A stretch of 64,000 bases of DNA. It comes from Octopus vulgaris (taxonomy: Eukaryota). The stretch lies in contig OX597819.1 of assembly GCA_951406725.2 (NCBI GenBank), forward strand, positions 98,704,001-98,768,000, written 5' to 3'. Of this stretch, positions 26,046 to 40,798 are shown piece after piece (positions within the stretch are counted from its first letter, which is position 1; every line of letters starts with the position of its first letter). Below the pieces are notes generated by a model that saw nothing but the letters and a program-made list of their open reading frames with translations, was not told the DNA's origin and ran no database searches. The translations under genes and the position numbers were made by a program.

Positions 26046-26472
26046 TGTTTTCAAGTTTTGGCACACGGCCAGGAATTTCGGGGAAGGGTCAAGTCGATTA
26101 CATCGATCCAAGTACTCAACTGGTACATATTTTATCGACCTCGAAAGTATGCAAGGCAAAACCGACCTTGGCAGAATTTGAAATCAGAACGTAAAGATGG
26201 ATGAAATGCTACTAAGCATTTCGCCTGGCGTGCTAACCACTGTGCCAATTCACCACCTCAACAATGGTAATAAGCCTTTCTTTTCTGCTATAGGTACAAG
26301 GCCTGAATTTTGGGGAAGATGGTAAGTCGGTTACCTCAACCTCAATATTTAACTGGTACTTATTTTATCAACTCTGAAAGGATGAAAGGCAAAGTCTACC
26401 TCGACGAAATTTGAACTCAGAATGTAAAGCTGAAGGAAATGCCCTTAAGCATTTCTCCTAGCTCAACGCCTT
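26046..26472 (-). mobile_element. Two tandem diverged SINE family A copies
   Basis: Two occurrences of the body ggcaaa...gacct(t/c)g...aatttgaa(a/c)tcagaa. Confidence 0.75.
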
Positions 26473-26502
26473 AACAACAATGCTAATAATGAAACTACAA
26501 AA

Positions 26503-26716
26503 AGGCCGCGAACTGGCAGAAACGTTAGCACGCCGGGCGAAATACTTCGCGGTATTTCGTCTCTCTTTACGTTCTGAGTTCAAACTCCGCCGAGGTTGAC
26601 TTTACCTGTCATCCTTTCGGGGTTGATAAATTAAGTACCAGTTGCGTACTGGAGTCGATCTAATCGACTGGCCCCTCCCTCCAAATTTTGGGCCTCATTC
26701 CTAGAGTAGAAAAGAA
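26503..26716 (+). mobile_element. SINE family A (tail type 2)
   Basis: ggccgcgaactggcagaaacgttagcacgccgggcgaaat...cctagagtagaaaagaat. Confidence 0.85.
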
Positions 26717-27273
26717 TAAAGAAACAACAAAGGGAATCCTTATATTGTTGTCCAAACTGCTAGAAAAAGCAGCTAAGCCTCACCTGTTAATTTGCATTGC
26801 AAAGCACTGCACATGTATGAGATAGGATACTTTTAAAACTATAGTAACGCACAAAAGTAAAAGAAAATCACTGTATCTACCCGATGCATTAAATATAAGA
26901 TTACCAAATAATAAAGGTTTCCAATTGTGGTGCAACGTCAACGATTTTCAAGGAAGGAAGTTAGTAGATACCATCAACTTCACTTCATAACAAATATTGT
27001 ACTTTATCCTGAAGCACCATATACCAGAAAGAAATACTGTAGGGTTTATACGTTAAATACAGCGAGAAATGAAGCTAGAGCTGCTATAGAAGTTGTAATA
27101 AACATAGTTATAAATCAAGAAAAAAGCTTTTATCTTAATTGTTTCTCTGCACAATAAACAGAGTTTACTGAAATAAATTGAAAGTGAGTAAGCCATTAAA
27201 GAATTAAAGTTTTTGAAAAATTTATAGGCAGCTACATTCTACAAATTATTAAGTGTTAGAGGATTTACAAATG

Positions 27274-27314
<41 letters not shown>

Positions 27315-27315
<1 letters not shown>

Positions 27316-27790
27316 TAGCAGAGATACCCGGCGTTGCCCGGTTACATTCAATTGAAGAATTAGACTTTTCTATTAGATTTTCTGAATGAACTGGAATATC
27401 TATGCTTCAAATTTCATCAAAATTGCAGATGAGGGTTATTTCCTTCTTTACACACCCTAAAAAAATTGTAATCGTGCCACATGGAAACCAAAAGACGAAT
27501 GATCACAATAAGCAGTCAGTTACCCTACCCTAGTCGTTACCACTCCCAATGTAGGATTCCTCACCATCCAGGTGACAGGCACAGCCGTAAGATGCATTAC
27601 GAATCTATAGCAAATGGAAGGGCGTGACCCAACTGAAATCAACATTAACAACTGTGTGACGTGAGGTCTTAGGAGAAATTAAAGTGTCACCTCTGGAGTT
27701 TGCAAATGACCACTATACTGATACGTAACTGGACAGAATGAATTTAAAATCTATAAATGTCTTTGAATAACCAGTCACTCAGTATATATA
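27315..27790 (-). mobile_element. Non-autonomous Helitron (3' end clear, 5' end uncertain)
   Basis: Minus strand ends CCGG-GCAACG-CCGG-gtatctctg-CTAG|T within (TA)n. Confidence 0.6.
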
Positions 27791-27798
27791 CATGTATT

Positions 27799-27894
<96 letters not shown>

Positions 27895-27900
27895 TATATA

Positions 27901-28382
27901 CTAGCAGTATTGCCCGGCTTTGCAAAATGGTCACATTTGATTCAAAGCCTTAAAAATGTTATGAGAACAATTGGTACGTGTTCACGAAGTTCATACGATT
28001 AATACGAAAAACCCCTCCAGGCTACATCCCGAAAATTCATTTCTTTGCCGAATTTCAACAATGTTTACGGCGATTTGTTCTTATATCTTGATTTTTTATT
28101 TTTCATGCAATTTACGCATGCTTGCCCGCGTGGTGAACACAGTTCACGTCAAACAGCTGACTGAGTAAAGTTCACTATTCAATGCATAGGATAAGGCCTA
28201 AACAAACACATTATCGATTTTTGCACTTGCGAGATGAATTTCGGAACAGAAATAGCGCAGTTCAATTTTCATTCGCCTAAACTTTAAGTGACCCATCTTT
28301 GGTGGGTCTACGATTTGTTGGCTAGGAGGAGATGTGCCGGAAAGTTAAACACACAGACACACACACAGATACACAAGTTGAG

Positions 28383-28395
<13 letters not shown>
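27901..28395 (-). mobile_element. Non-autonomous Helitron
   Basis: ctagcagtattgcccggctttgc is a 3' CTAG end with a partial hairpin. The 5' end runs into (TA)n at ~28390. Confidence 0.6.
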
Positions 28396-28419
<24 letters not shown>

Positions 28420-28729
28420 AATATATATACATATATATATATGCATACATATACATATATGCATACACACACATACATACATACACATACATACATACAT
28501 ATGTGTATGCGCAAGTACACTGACGCAGACGCATGCGCACAAAGAGAAAGAGAAAGAGAAAGAGAAAGAGAACGACTATTGAAAAGCTTGCAAGACGCAA
28601 CGAAAATTTTAGTAAAAATTAATAAATAAATGAGTGGAAATCAGACCGGTGAATGCGTTAATTTAATAAGGCATTAAAAGAGAATGACCCTCCCCAGACA
28701 CAATAAAATAAGGAGAAATGATTTTTATC

Positions 28730-29102
28730 TTTTATCATTTACTTGTTATTGTCATTGGACTGCAGCCATACTGCGTCACTGCCATAAAGCGTTTTAGCCC
28801 AACAAATCGAGCCCAGTATTTAGTTTTTAATTTCTGGTTCATATTGTATCGAGGTCTTTAATCTGAACTGCTAAGTTACGGGGACATAAATTAACTAAGA
28901 ACGGTTGTCAAGCGGAGTGGGGAGTAACAAACACAAACATATACGACATATTTCCATACAGTTTGCATTATCCAAATTCAACCACGGAGCTCTGGTCAAC
29001 TCGAGACTATAGTAAAAGACATTTGCCCAAAGGCATTCTTAGTGGAACTGAACTTGTAACCACAAGGCTGCAAGGTATTTAACCAAACAATTTGTGTGCG
29101 CC
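28730..29102 (-). mobile_element. Old SINE family B copy
   Basis: Diverged homology to 7481-7906 along its length. Confidence 0.65.
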
Positions 29103-30229
29103 TATAAAATCTCAATATAAAAGAAAATAACAACTAAAGAATAATCCTTTTTAATATTAAAAATAATGGATCTGTACTGTAGAACAGTGTACCAACCTAG
29201 GTTCGAAACCAGACAAGAGATAGATACTTCAGTGGAGTTTTGTTATAGTGCATGGGAAGAAAAGTTACAACAACATTTGAGTAGATCGAGAGATTAATTG
29301 AGAAGTTTGGAAAGTTAAAGGTCAAGAGTTCTTTAAGATTTGTGTGAAAGTCGTTCAATTATGCTTTCAGATAAACAAAATGTATCATTTGCTGATGGTT
29401 TTATGATAATTATTGGAAGAAGTTCAGCTGCATCGTGAAACCAATATTTCTAGCAACGTAAGTTTCTGTTCTTAGATTCTTTGCTCTATCCTGCTTAAAT
29501 GTTTATTAATGGTTCCAATTGCACTGCCCTAATTTGGAAATCTTGAACGACAAAAAGGACCGCACTCAAACATGTCATACAAATTTTAACAGAAATGTTA
29601 TCAAGATACAATGAAGAAACTATTTTATCGAAGAAGACAAGAAATTACCCAGACATGCAACACTCTTCTCGCCACGGCACTTATGTGCTGATACAGCTTG
29701 TGACCAACTTGAACAAATACCGCAAACATCTCACCCGAGCCCGCAAAAACATCGCCTTGGATTGGCACTATTTTGTCGACCTCGAAAGGATGGAAAGCAA
29801 AGTTGATCTCGGTGAGATTTGAAATTAAGGCACAAAGAATCGAAACAAATGCGGCGAGGCATTCTATCTAACGCTCTGATGAATCAGCTAAGCTGTCTGC
29901 TTATCTGGGAACACAGCAGGTATATCATTACTCATTGGAAGTGGCTAATCTCATAATTGTTCAATCAAGTTATGGCGTAGCAGCAGTAGAAGCAACACGC
30001 TGAGGAAAATATCTATTGGCATCACAGCTCACTTTAGTTTTGACACAACAATATTTTATGGCGTCAAAGGGAAATATTTAATGACGTCACTGTACACTTT
30101 ATGACACACAATCATACTATCTCAGCAACTAGCCATATTGTAGTTGTAGTGAATAACTATGTTATCGAATCATGCAATGTTGCCGTATGATGTGCAAAGA
30201 TCGTCTATAGAAGAGGTAAAATGAGAAAA

Positions 30230-31300
30230 GCTAAAAGAGTGCTGGTATCCTCTAAAAGAATATAAAACTTGATCCAGGACGAAACCAATGTGATCCAGGA
30301 CGAAACAAAACTTGTGAGGATTTTAACAGGGGCCAATGTGTAAAGATAGATAAAGCAAAATGAAGGATGTCTATTGGAAGTGAAACCCGAATTAAGACTC
30401 AGAGAAAACGGAAGTATACTGCAATAATCAATAGGAAGTCGTAGACTGCAGTTACTAAGTATGTATTGAACGTGGTTCATATTAGCAGAGCAGATATCCA
30501 CATATATTATATGGAATAATTTAAAGAATCTCAAGAGGGAATCTACTGCTTGGCAGGCAAACAAATTATGAAAGGTTATTCATGAAAAAGGTAAAATAGA
30601 TGCAGACATGTAAGAGTATTAAAGGCTTATGTATGGAAACAAAAGTCTGAGTAGAATGGTATTTGGTGAATGAGGAATAGAATACGATACATTATGTGAA
30701 TGGATAAGTACTGTGTGTGTGAGAGAGAGAGAAGAGGTAGAGGGAGAGTGTGAGAGAAAGAGAGGGAGAGAGGAGGAGAAAGAGGGATGGAGAGAGAGGG
30801 AGAGAGAGAGTGGGAAAGGGGAAGAGAGAAGGGGGAAGAGAGAATGTTGCTCTGTTAAAATAGATGCAGAAGATAACATACTCTGCGTAGTGGTAGTGAT
30901 GAAATACAATGATGCAGAAATCAGAATGAAGTGTGAGAGAACAATGAATGGCGCATAGAAGCAACAACGGCGGAATTTGAGAATAAATAACCAAAAAGAA
31001 AAAAAAATGTTGAGAATTAAAGATTAAGTTGTATAGAGATAAAACAAAATGATGTATGTAATATGTTAGATAAAAACCTGGAGGAGGGGGGTTTAAGCTG
31101 CGATTTAGATGACAGAAAAAAAAAACTTGTTTCACCATTAACAGGCAGTAGCAAATGGATGGAACGTAACAGAAGAAATAAGTAAATAAACAAAGATAGA
31201 AATATCTGATATTTAAAAACTGTGTAGGCAAAATTGAAAAAGATAGTATATGATCTGTTGACTGGATATCATTGTTACCAAGAATGATTGTTAAAAAACA
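30230..31300 (+). pseudogene. Possible heavily decayed LINE reverse transcriptase region, split by a (GA)n tract
   Basis: Purine-rich coding-like composition with only faint RT-like word remnants. No intact motif. Confidence 0.25.
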
Positions 31301-31567
31301 TGACAAGAAAAAAAGCACATTAGCACAATTGTTCTCCAATCGACTTACACTAGTATCTCCACCTTAACCAAAAAGTGAAACTTTCTGTCACACCCGCTCC
31401 GTTTTGTATAAGAACACAAAATAGAGATTACATGTGTATAATTATTTTTTCTCCATAATGGCGTTGAACAAGTTTAAAAAATCAAAGATGCCCTAATATT
31501 ATTAAAACAGCAATCCTCACGTTAAAGGCGTTGTCCGTAACTTATATTAAACAGGAACTTATATTAA

Positions 31568-31983
31568 GGCGGCGAGCTGGCAGAAGCGTTAGCATGTCGG
31601 GCGAAATGCTTAGCGGTATTTCGTCTGCCGCTACGTTCTGAGTTCAAATTCCGCCGAGGTCGACTTTGCCTTTCATCCTTTCGGGGTCGATTAAATAAGT
31701 ACCAGTTACGCACTGGGGCTGATATAATCGACTTAATCCGTTTGTTTGTCCTTGTTTGTCCTCTCTGTGTTTAGCCCCTTGTGGGTAGTAAAGAAATATG
31801 TATTTCGTCTGCCGCTACGTTCTGAGTTCAAATTCCACCGAGGTCGACTTTGCCCTTCATCCTTTAGGAGTCAATAAATTAAGTATCAATTACGCACTGG
31901 GGTCGATGGAATCGACTTAATCTGTTTGTCTGTCCTTGTTTGTCTCCTCTATGTTTAGCCCCTTGTGGGCAATAAAGAAATAA
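31568..31983 (+). mobile_element. SINE family A with tandem body+tail duplication
   Basis: Head ggcggcgagctggcagaagcgttagc, then two units tatttcgtctgccgctacg...aaagaaata. Confidence 0.9.
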
Positions 31984-33221
31984 GTAACTTATATTAAACA
32001 GGAAATACTGATGTGAAGAAATCGAAGAGTTGGGACGAAGCATTTTAAAGTACGAGCTTAAAATTCTGCAGGTCAATATTTAGGAAGAAAATCTTGTTCC
32101 GGTTAATTACATTCCAGACATAAAGAATTAACTAGGGTGTTTAGAACTCAATGTAGGATACGGAGATAAACAGCAAGAATGATTTAGGAAATGAGAGGAA
32201 TAGGTACCAGGTGGATAAGATGGTGGTGGCACACGAAAGGTACGACTCCAGAGGCTGAGGAATAGTTGTAGAAGCAGTAGAAGTGACAGAGAGAAACTTG
32301 TAGCAGATGCAGATTGTAATGTTTTAACAATTGAAGGTTTGATTATCACTCGGAATATTTACCTTTCAATGCTGTTTAGAATACTATATTGCTGCTGTAT
32401 TGTTACAGACATGCATTCCACATGTGACGTGTCAATTATCATTAACTGATAATTGCTAGAGCGGTGTCTGGCTCTAGACAGTAAACTCGGCCTATTGGGT
32501 ATGGCTTCGACGGTAATATAGATATGCAGACACGTTAAAAGATCATCTAAGATTATGAAGGCCAGTATTTGGAAAGAAAGTAAAACTTTCAGCTGTTGTA
32601 CTTTTAATGCAGTTGCTGTGTATGATTTATAATGCAAAGTGATAGTGTTTATGTACAACTGAATGATGTGAAGATATCATATCTCAATAGTCGAGTGTTT
32701 TTACACTTACGGAGCAATACAATATCTACAACTAAAGTTCAGTGTATATTAGAAATTCCATCAAATATATATTGCAAATTCAAAACAAGCCATTCAACTG
32801 ATGCATCATGGTAAATAATATGAACTGTATATTGCTACATATAAGTATATACAACCTACTTTAGGCAAAAAAATATATGAAAATGTTGCTTACAAATACA
32901 TTTTATATTTTTGTTGATATACTTATCTCTCTCTGTCCAGATTTAAAAGTGGTAGCGCAACGTATAAAATGTTTGTAGTGGATTAGGCTGCTTTTTTTTT
33001 TTAACTATAAAGCTACATATGAGGCTCTGTCTATTTTGCCAGTAGCAGCGCACGAAACACTTGAACCTGAAGTCACTGATATAACTTCACATAGAAACAT
33101 AGTTCATATCTGACGAAAGGATATCTCAATTCTGTATAATTATTTCATTACCTGCGCATTAAAATATTTTTTCAACCAACCAACCAATCAACAAGCCAAC
33201 CAACCAACGAATCGAATCACA

Positions 33222-33320
<99 letters not shown>

Positions 33321-33392
33321 GCCATCCATCCATCCATCCATCCATCTATTTGTTTGCCTGTTGTCAGTTTCTCTCTCTCTCTCCCTCTCTGT

Positions 33393-33466
<74 letters not shown>

Positions 33467-33511
33467 GTATATATTTATACTTACACACACACACACACAT
33501 GCACATATACG

Positions 33512-33899
33512 CCTGGAACATACACCACAACCATAGTTGGCGACATAATGACATCATATCGAGATAAATAGCAGATGGGGACCAGTTAGAATTGCCTTCA
33601 GGTCATGTAGCCAATCATGCTCAAAGGATCTCTGAATAAGGGTTGTATAAGGCCGATAAATGAAACACCCATGTTTCCAGAGATGAATTATTCAAACCCC
33701 AAAGAATTCCTCGCAACACATAGGTATGATGCTCCTCCACTACTCCTGCGCGTGACTGGAGATGCATATATCGTCAGCCACTAAGGGACATACTCTACTG
33801 GTTAAGGTTAAGCAAGTTACAAGCAAATCTGTTGTATTGAGCAGAATATTTCCTGTAGCCCAAGATAAGAAACCATGAGAGCCACTGCCTGGTACTGGG
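33512..33899 (-). mobile_element. Family X, older copy
   Basis: Reverse-complement homology to 3625-4075. Confidence 0.7.
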
Positions 33900-33969
33900 T
33901 GATCGTCGTCGTCATAGTCAACATCAACATCATCATCATCATCATCATCACCACCACCCCACCACCACC

Positions 33970-34001
<32 letters not shown>

Positions 34002-34016
34002 TGTCGTCGTCGTCAA

Positions 34017-34049
<33 letters not shown>

Positions 34050-34056
34050 TATTATT

Positions 34057-34526
34057 GAGTGAGAGAGTAGTGCATGCCATCAAAGTGACACTGGGGTAAA
34101 ATATACGAAGCCCAGTATACCCATCATGACTACCTGTCTGATAAGAGTACACCAGGCACATACATCACAACCATATGTGCGCGACATGGTGATTTCATAT
34201 CAAGATAAACAGCACATGACCTTGCAGGCGTGGCCCAGTTAGAATTTTCTTCTGGTCGAGTAACCCATCCCGCTCAAAAGGTCCCTGAATAAGGGTTGTT
34301 TAAGGATGTTGAACGAAACACCCATGTTTCCAGGGGTGAATTATTCAAACCCCAAAGAATCCCTCTCAACACAAGGCTATGATACTCCCCTACTACTTCT
34401 GCTCGTGATCAGAGATGCACATATCGTCAGCCACCAAGGGACATGCTCAGTTGGTTAAGGTCAAACAACTGACAAGCAAATCTGTGGCATTGAGCAGAAT
34501 ATTTGCTGTAGCCCATCTTTTATACC
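34057..34526 (-). mobile_element. Family X copy
   Basis: Reverse-complement homology to 3700-4169, with an (ATT/ATC)n tract at its 3' end. Confidence 0.8.
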
Positions 34527-35164
34527 AATCAAACAACTGACAAGCAAATCATCATCATCGTTGTTGTTGTTGTTGTTGTTGTTGTTGTTATTATTATTAC
34601 TGTAGTGATTGTTGATGTTGTTTTCCTCATCCAGTCTCTTTTATATTGTGTCTTTGTATTTTAAACTTCCTTTTCTTTCCACCAAAATCTTTTGATTACG
34701 TCTCTTGTTAGCAAAACTTAAATTTATCTTCATCCATTTCTCTCAAGTAGCATTAATACACACAAGACATGCACATTCATGTTGTCTGCCAAGATAAATT
34801 TAGACACCACTAACTTGATATATTTTGCGTGTTACGGAGGATATATCAACTGAGAGAAGTGAAGAACGGCAAAGATATGGAAATAATAATAGAAATAAAG
34901 GAAGAGGATATGCCATAAGCTGATGGATGTATTGGTTAGAAATTTAAGAACCGTAGAAAACTAAATCAATGGAAAACTGTCGGAATAATGAATAGTTCCC
35001 GATACGGGTGCTGCAGTGGAATAATCTTTATTCAAAGGTGTGTTTCCATATGCTGTTAGAGTTTATGCTTTCGTCAACAGCCTCTTGGAACCTTCAGAGG
35101 AGCGACATTAGACTATACACGCACGCACGTACGCACGCACGCACACACACAAACGTCTATTTCT

Positions 35165-35360
35165 TTCATCTTTTACTTGTTTCAGTCATTAGACTCCAGC
35201 CATGTTATAGCACTGCTTTGAACAATTTGTTTTAGTCGAATGAATCGATCCCCCAGCTCCAGTACTTATCTTTTCTTTAAACCTGGTACTTATTCCATCG
35301 GTAAACACACCAACACCAGTTGTCAAGCGGTGGTGAGAGACAAACATAAAGACAAACACA
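35165..35360 (-). mobile_element. SINE family B 3' half
   Basis: ttttacttgtttcagtcattagact... tail homology. Confidence 0.7.
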
Positions 35361-35471
35361 CACACATGCATATATATATGTATATATATATATATGCATG
35401 TGTGTGTGTGTGTATGTACATATGCATACATACACACACATACACATATATATATATATATGTATATATAC

Positions 35472-35509
<38 letters not shown>

Positions 35510-36739
35510 GTGTATATATATATATATGTATATATATATATACATGTTCATGTATATTCACAGGCATACGCACACACATACATACATATACACATACATA
35601 AATACATACATATATATATATATATATATTATACATACATGCATACAAATATATATATGGGAGAGAGAGGATAGAATTGAAACTTAGAATTGTCAAACGC
35701 TATAAAGAGGGTGCTATTATAAGAGAGAAATGAAAAATACGTTTCTAGACAGACAGATATGAATGCTGAAGGGAATAAAAATAGGAAGAAAGCAAAACGA
35801 TACATGAAAGAATGCCTGTTTTACACTATAGAACATTTTACAAACCGGATGTTAAAATAATGAGTTTCCGGTTAACAAGTAATGATTGCTGGACATATTG
35901 CAAATATGGAAAGTCGAAAGAGATTCAATATAATTTCTTTTGATGTAGCGAAAGATAAAAGTGACCGATATGGGTGGGTAGGTGTTGTGTCATACGCTGT
36001 TGAGGTGAACTAACAATTACTGTATTAGCTTAACACCATTTTAAATTGTCTACCACCACAACGGAAAACGTAGAGGAAATTTAGTAACGTGGTTGTTTGT
36101 CTAGATCATTTTTACACAGCACAGAGTCATGTTGAAAAGAATTATAAAAAAAAATAAGATACAAGAACAAAATTCTTTAACACAACATTCAAAGAATCCA
36201 CGCAAACCCAACAAAAGTAATCAAATGGGTTATACTCCTCTTCATTTTCTCTAATTGTAACACAAATACCATGAAATATATCACAATAAAATTATTTGTA
36301 GACGATTCCAAGCTTTAGGATGTTATCAACACAACAGAGTAGGTACTCGTAACTGAATAAAACTCTAATATGTCCGCCATGCTGTATATAAAAAGCGAAA
36401 CAGAACAATGACTGCACAATAAGCAATTTGTGTGTAATTATATGTTGTGTACACTTCCGCTTTAGGGAAAAAAGGGATTTACGTAAACCATTATATTCCC
36501 TTCACAAATAAAAAACTCTCATGGCGTCAGTTGTCAAAAGCTTACATGTAAATAAATATTAACGATAAATTTAATTGGAGAGATCGCACTAACAATGATA
36601 TAATTCAAGAAATCCAGGAATCACCATACTTCTATTCTCTAACTTTTCATGGTGTCAAAATAACAGAAATAATGTACTTCAAAAGAAAAATTACAAAATA
36701 TATAAATAAAAGATAAAATAATGTTTGTTGTCACTTCAG

Positions 36740-36968
36740 CGTGGCTGTTCCATACGGAACTATGTTACTAAATTATAACCCCAGGAAAACATCTTTTCCA
36801 GCTGGTTAACGGCACACAACCTGTTTCTGATATATTGTGAGTAAGGGAGCGAACCACTCTCCTCCCATAGCAATATATCAGACACAGCTTGCGTGTCGTT
36901 AACCAGTTGGAAGATATGTTTTCCTGGGGTAAAAATCTAGTAACGGTTCCGTGTGGAATAGCTACATT
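36740..36968. mobile_element. Palindromic MITE-like element; related half-copy at ~15030-15130
   Basis: Arms gttact...ccccaggaaaacat...ccagctggttaacggcacacaacctgtttctgatatattg / caatatatcagacacagcttgcgtgtcgttaaccagttgg...cctgggg...agtaac. Confidence 0.75.
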
Positions 36969-37477
36969 ATGTTTTCGTATCCTTACTACTTGTATCTCTT
37001 TTAGACATTTTAGAACTAGCTACTTTGCTTGAATAAAGTAACAAATACAGAAATAAAATGATGACAAATGTTTAAGGACATGAAATTTCTTTATTATTTA
37101 GATGGGTAACAAAATGCTCAGATTCGATTCTCTCCAACATCGCAGTCAACATATATACGATTTGTAAAAAGTGGAAAAATTATAAGATTGATGTTGCCTA
37201 AATGAATGTTAGCTTCTTGTTAAAAAAAGAACTCAAGGCTAGGACATAGTCACATTACCAAAAATAATCTTACAGCACATAATCACATCGCGAAGCAAAT
37301 TTTTACAGAAACAAATCAGAGAGAGCAAATAGCCTTCAAAAACCCGACTGTTTTCATCAAGAATAACTCCCTACTCTAATGAGCTATGATACTCCAAAAT
37401 ATCATTTATCAATTTACTAGATTTCTATTTCCAGCAGAGGATGCTGTTGATCTGAGGCAATACTGGGTGATGCCTAG

Positions 37478-37564
<87 letters not shown>

Positions 37565-37779
37565 TACACATACACACACACACACACATACACACACACA
37601 CATACACACACACGCGCACATACACATACACATACGTATATACTTTTCGGGAATATCGCATGTAAATATTGGGTTGGAAAGATCCTTTTGGATAGAAAAA
37701 GTCGAAGGCTTCGATGTATTCCGAAAAGGAATTAATGCATATTCTTTTGAAAGTTTATAAAATTCTCATGACGTCAGCA

Positions 37780-37814
<35 letters not shown>

Positions 37815-37896
37815 TGTATGTATATACCATTTATTTACATCGTAGAAGAACCGTTTAAAACGCACAGAAAGATGTTAAATTCATTTTAAATCTAAA

Positions 37897-38285
37897 CTAG
37901 TAGTATAGTATCGTTGCCCGGGTTTGTTTCGACCCTATAGAATTGGAATTTTTGAAAAGCAAACATTTTGCATTATGTAGCTTGTTATTCTCTTTAAGTG
38001 AACATTTTTCTGGTTGAAATACACCAAAAAATGGCGACACAGCAGTGAAAACATCGTAAAAAAATAGGGATCTTCATAGAAAAAAAGCATCTTTTTGATG
38101 TAAATAATTTTTGGTGTTAACATGGTTCGATTTAAATTTTTTTCTTCTACGGAAGGAAGAGCAAGTCTTCTATTAAACTCTCAATTTTGTTCAACTTGCG
38201 CCGCAGGGTCTCGGAGAAGATAGTGTTAGTTGAAGGCTACCAAACCTGCCATACACAGAGAACTTCAGCTTTATATATAGAGAGA
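37897..38285 (-). mobile_element. Non-autonomous Helitron, complete
   Basis: Minus strand 5' A|TCTCTCTATATATAAAG. 3' CTAG|T at 37897, with a decayed hairpin (cgttgcccgg). Confidence 0.75.
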
Positions 38286-39039
38286 TTCATTTGATGAGGT
38301 GTCAAAATTTTCGTCGTATTTTTGCGACCTTATTGCCAACGACTCAAATCTATTGAAACTGTCTGAAACCCGATAATAGGAAGCTCTTACACCTTCATGA
38401 TTTTCTCTTGTTCTTATTTTAAAAAATCTATACATTTAATTTATTGTATTTCAGTCTTTCCTGTTGACATTAGAGACAAGTAATTGTTGTATTCACAGAA
38501 CTATTTATTTAAAGATGAACTCGAAACAACAGCACAACAACAATCACACACGTACCCATATAGTCTATAGTTCTACTTGTATAGCAATGACGCTGCAGCG
38601 GAGGGTGTCATTGATTAGGTCGTAGATATGTAACAAAGGTTTCGACAATTGTGAAATAAATTTAAATTTGAAGTAAATTTTACAGCCTTATTCAATAGCT
38701 TTTCTCTGATGCAGTTGCTCTCGTTTCAACACACAGACCCAGATTATGTCATTTGTAAGAAAAACAGACCTCCAGTGTAATTTATTTATTTCAACAACTC
38801 CAACGTACGCGTAAAGTTGTTAAGACATGATAGTTTGAGAAACTATTGTAATTAATATTCTTTATTATTTTATGCTTGTTTCAGTCGTTGGCTTCTTGCC
38901 ATACTGGGGCCAGGCATTGACGGAATGAATCAAATACTTATTTTAAGTTGGTCTACATATTTGCAGAAATGATAATTTACGTGGAATTAAACAAATTAAC
39001 AACGGTTTTATATATATATATATAGTCCACACCCACACA

Positions 39040-39395
39040 TACATACACACACACGTCCAGACCACCAGCCCTCTTTCACACGCACATACATACTCTCTTA
39101 TACACACACGCACCTTTGTGTTGGGGGCACCTTCGTATTGGAAGTCACTTGACCCTGTTATCTCCCCTACTGTCCCTCTCGCGTCTGACCATTGTCCGAA
39201 GTCAGAACGCCATGATAGATCGTTAGCTACTACACGCATTTTATTTCTCTCCTTGTTTTTTTCTGTGTATCTTTCTGTCAAAGAGCGTAGGCTCGAAACG
39301 TAAAAGACATTTTCTATTCCTGAGCGTTATACTAACACATTTGTTTGTTTGTACTCCACCTGCCTTCATCCTTTGTTTATTTTCGTAAACTTTCC

Positions 39396-39398
<3 letters not shown>
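39040..39398 (+). mobile_element. PLE pseudo-LTR fragment between (TA)n tracts
   Basis: Contains an HHR-shaped motif and a downstream cctgagcgt segment shared with the 46.4 kb element. Confidence 0.65.
39270..39307 (+). ncRNA. Minimal hammerhead with altered core
   Basis: TCTTT-CTGTCAA-A-GAGC-GTAG-GCTC-GAAA-CG-TA-AAAGA. Stems I and II are perfect; the core deviates from CUGANGA at two positions. Confidence 0.55.
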
Positions 39399-39444
<46 letters not shown>

Positions 39445-39557
39445 CCTGCTTGCTTAGCCAGCGGGGTGGCGTCATTTGAAGGCTAAAACAATGCGAAGCG
39501 CATTGTGACCAGCGATGTGTAACAACATCTGATAGCCTGGTCGGTCGAGTGGTCACG

Positions 39558-39633
<76 letters not shown>

Positions 39634-40021
39634 TGAAAGCACGATTGCCACAGTTCCGCATTGTATCTTTTGAAGGAAATATCTGCGTTATTTTAACGAG
39701 CTGTATCAATTTATCATCCAATGAGACACATCTGCACTACCGGACGCTCCTGAACAAGTTAAGTGTCCAACCCGTGAGTGATCGTTACTAGATGTGTCGA
39801 CACAATTGTGATTGATAAAAATTCTCGTACATTCCATCTTCTGTCTCTCATTTACCATACATACATACATACATACATACATACATAGATTTATATACAC
39901 ACAGATATTTTGATAAACGCACAATAGAATAATTTCTGAAGTATGCGCCGATAAAGTCACACAAACGTATATGGGAGCATATGTTAAGCTACAGTCTGGA
40001 CTTCAGAGTAACTGGTATACA

Positions 40022-40077
<56 letters not shown>

Positions 40078-40123
40078 CTCTATCGATCTCTCTATCTTTC
40101 TATCTGTCTGTCTGTCTGTCTGT

Positions 40124-40215
<92 letters not shown>

Positions 40216-40758
40216 ATTTCTTTGGGCATGTATGTACGTTTGTATATATGTAAGTATGTATGTATGTATGCATATATGCGTCTGTCTGCCTGTGTGTCTC
40301 ACTTTGTTTCTCTCTCTCTCACCCACTCACTCACTCACTCACTATCTATCTCTCTGTCTTTCTGTCTCTCTGTGTCATTATGTGTCTGCCTGTATTTCAC
40401 ATTGTAGGTATGTATGTGTGTGGGCATGTATGCATGTATGTATGTATGTATGTATGTATGTATGTATGTATGTATGTATGTATGTATGTATGTATGTATG
40501 TATGCATGTATGTATGTATGTATGTATGTATGTATGTGTATGTATGTATGTATGTATGTATGTATATATGTATGTATCTATGTATGTATGTGAGTATGTA
40601 TGTATGTGAGTATGTATGCATGTATGTGTATCTGTCTGTATGTCTCTCTCTCTATATTTATATACGACCTCAGAATCATTTTAAGGGCATGTTTGCATAT
40701 AGTTAGGAAGCTGCAATTTTCTTATGATATTACACACACACATACACACACACATATA

Positions 40759-40798
<40 letters not shown>

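Noticed and set aside
33105-33145. CTGACGA-AAGGATAT, similar to the 50.79 kb hammerhead
   Set aside because: No GAAA box or stem III follows. At best an unrecognisable remnant.
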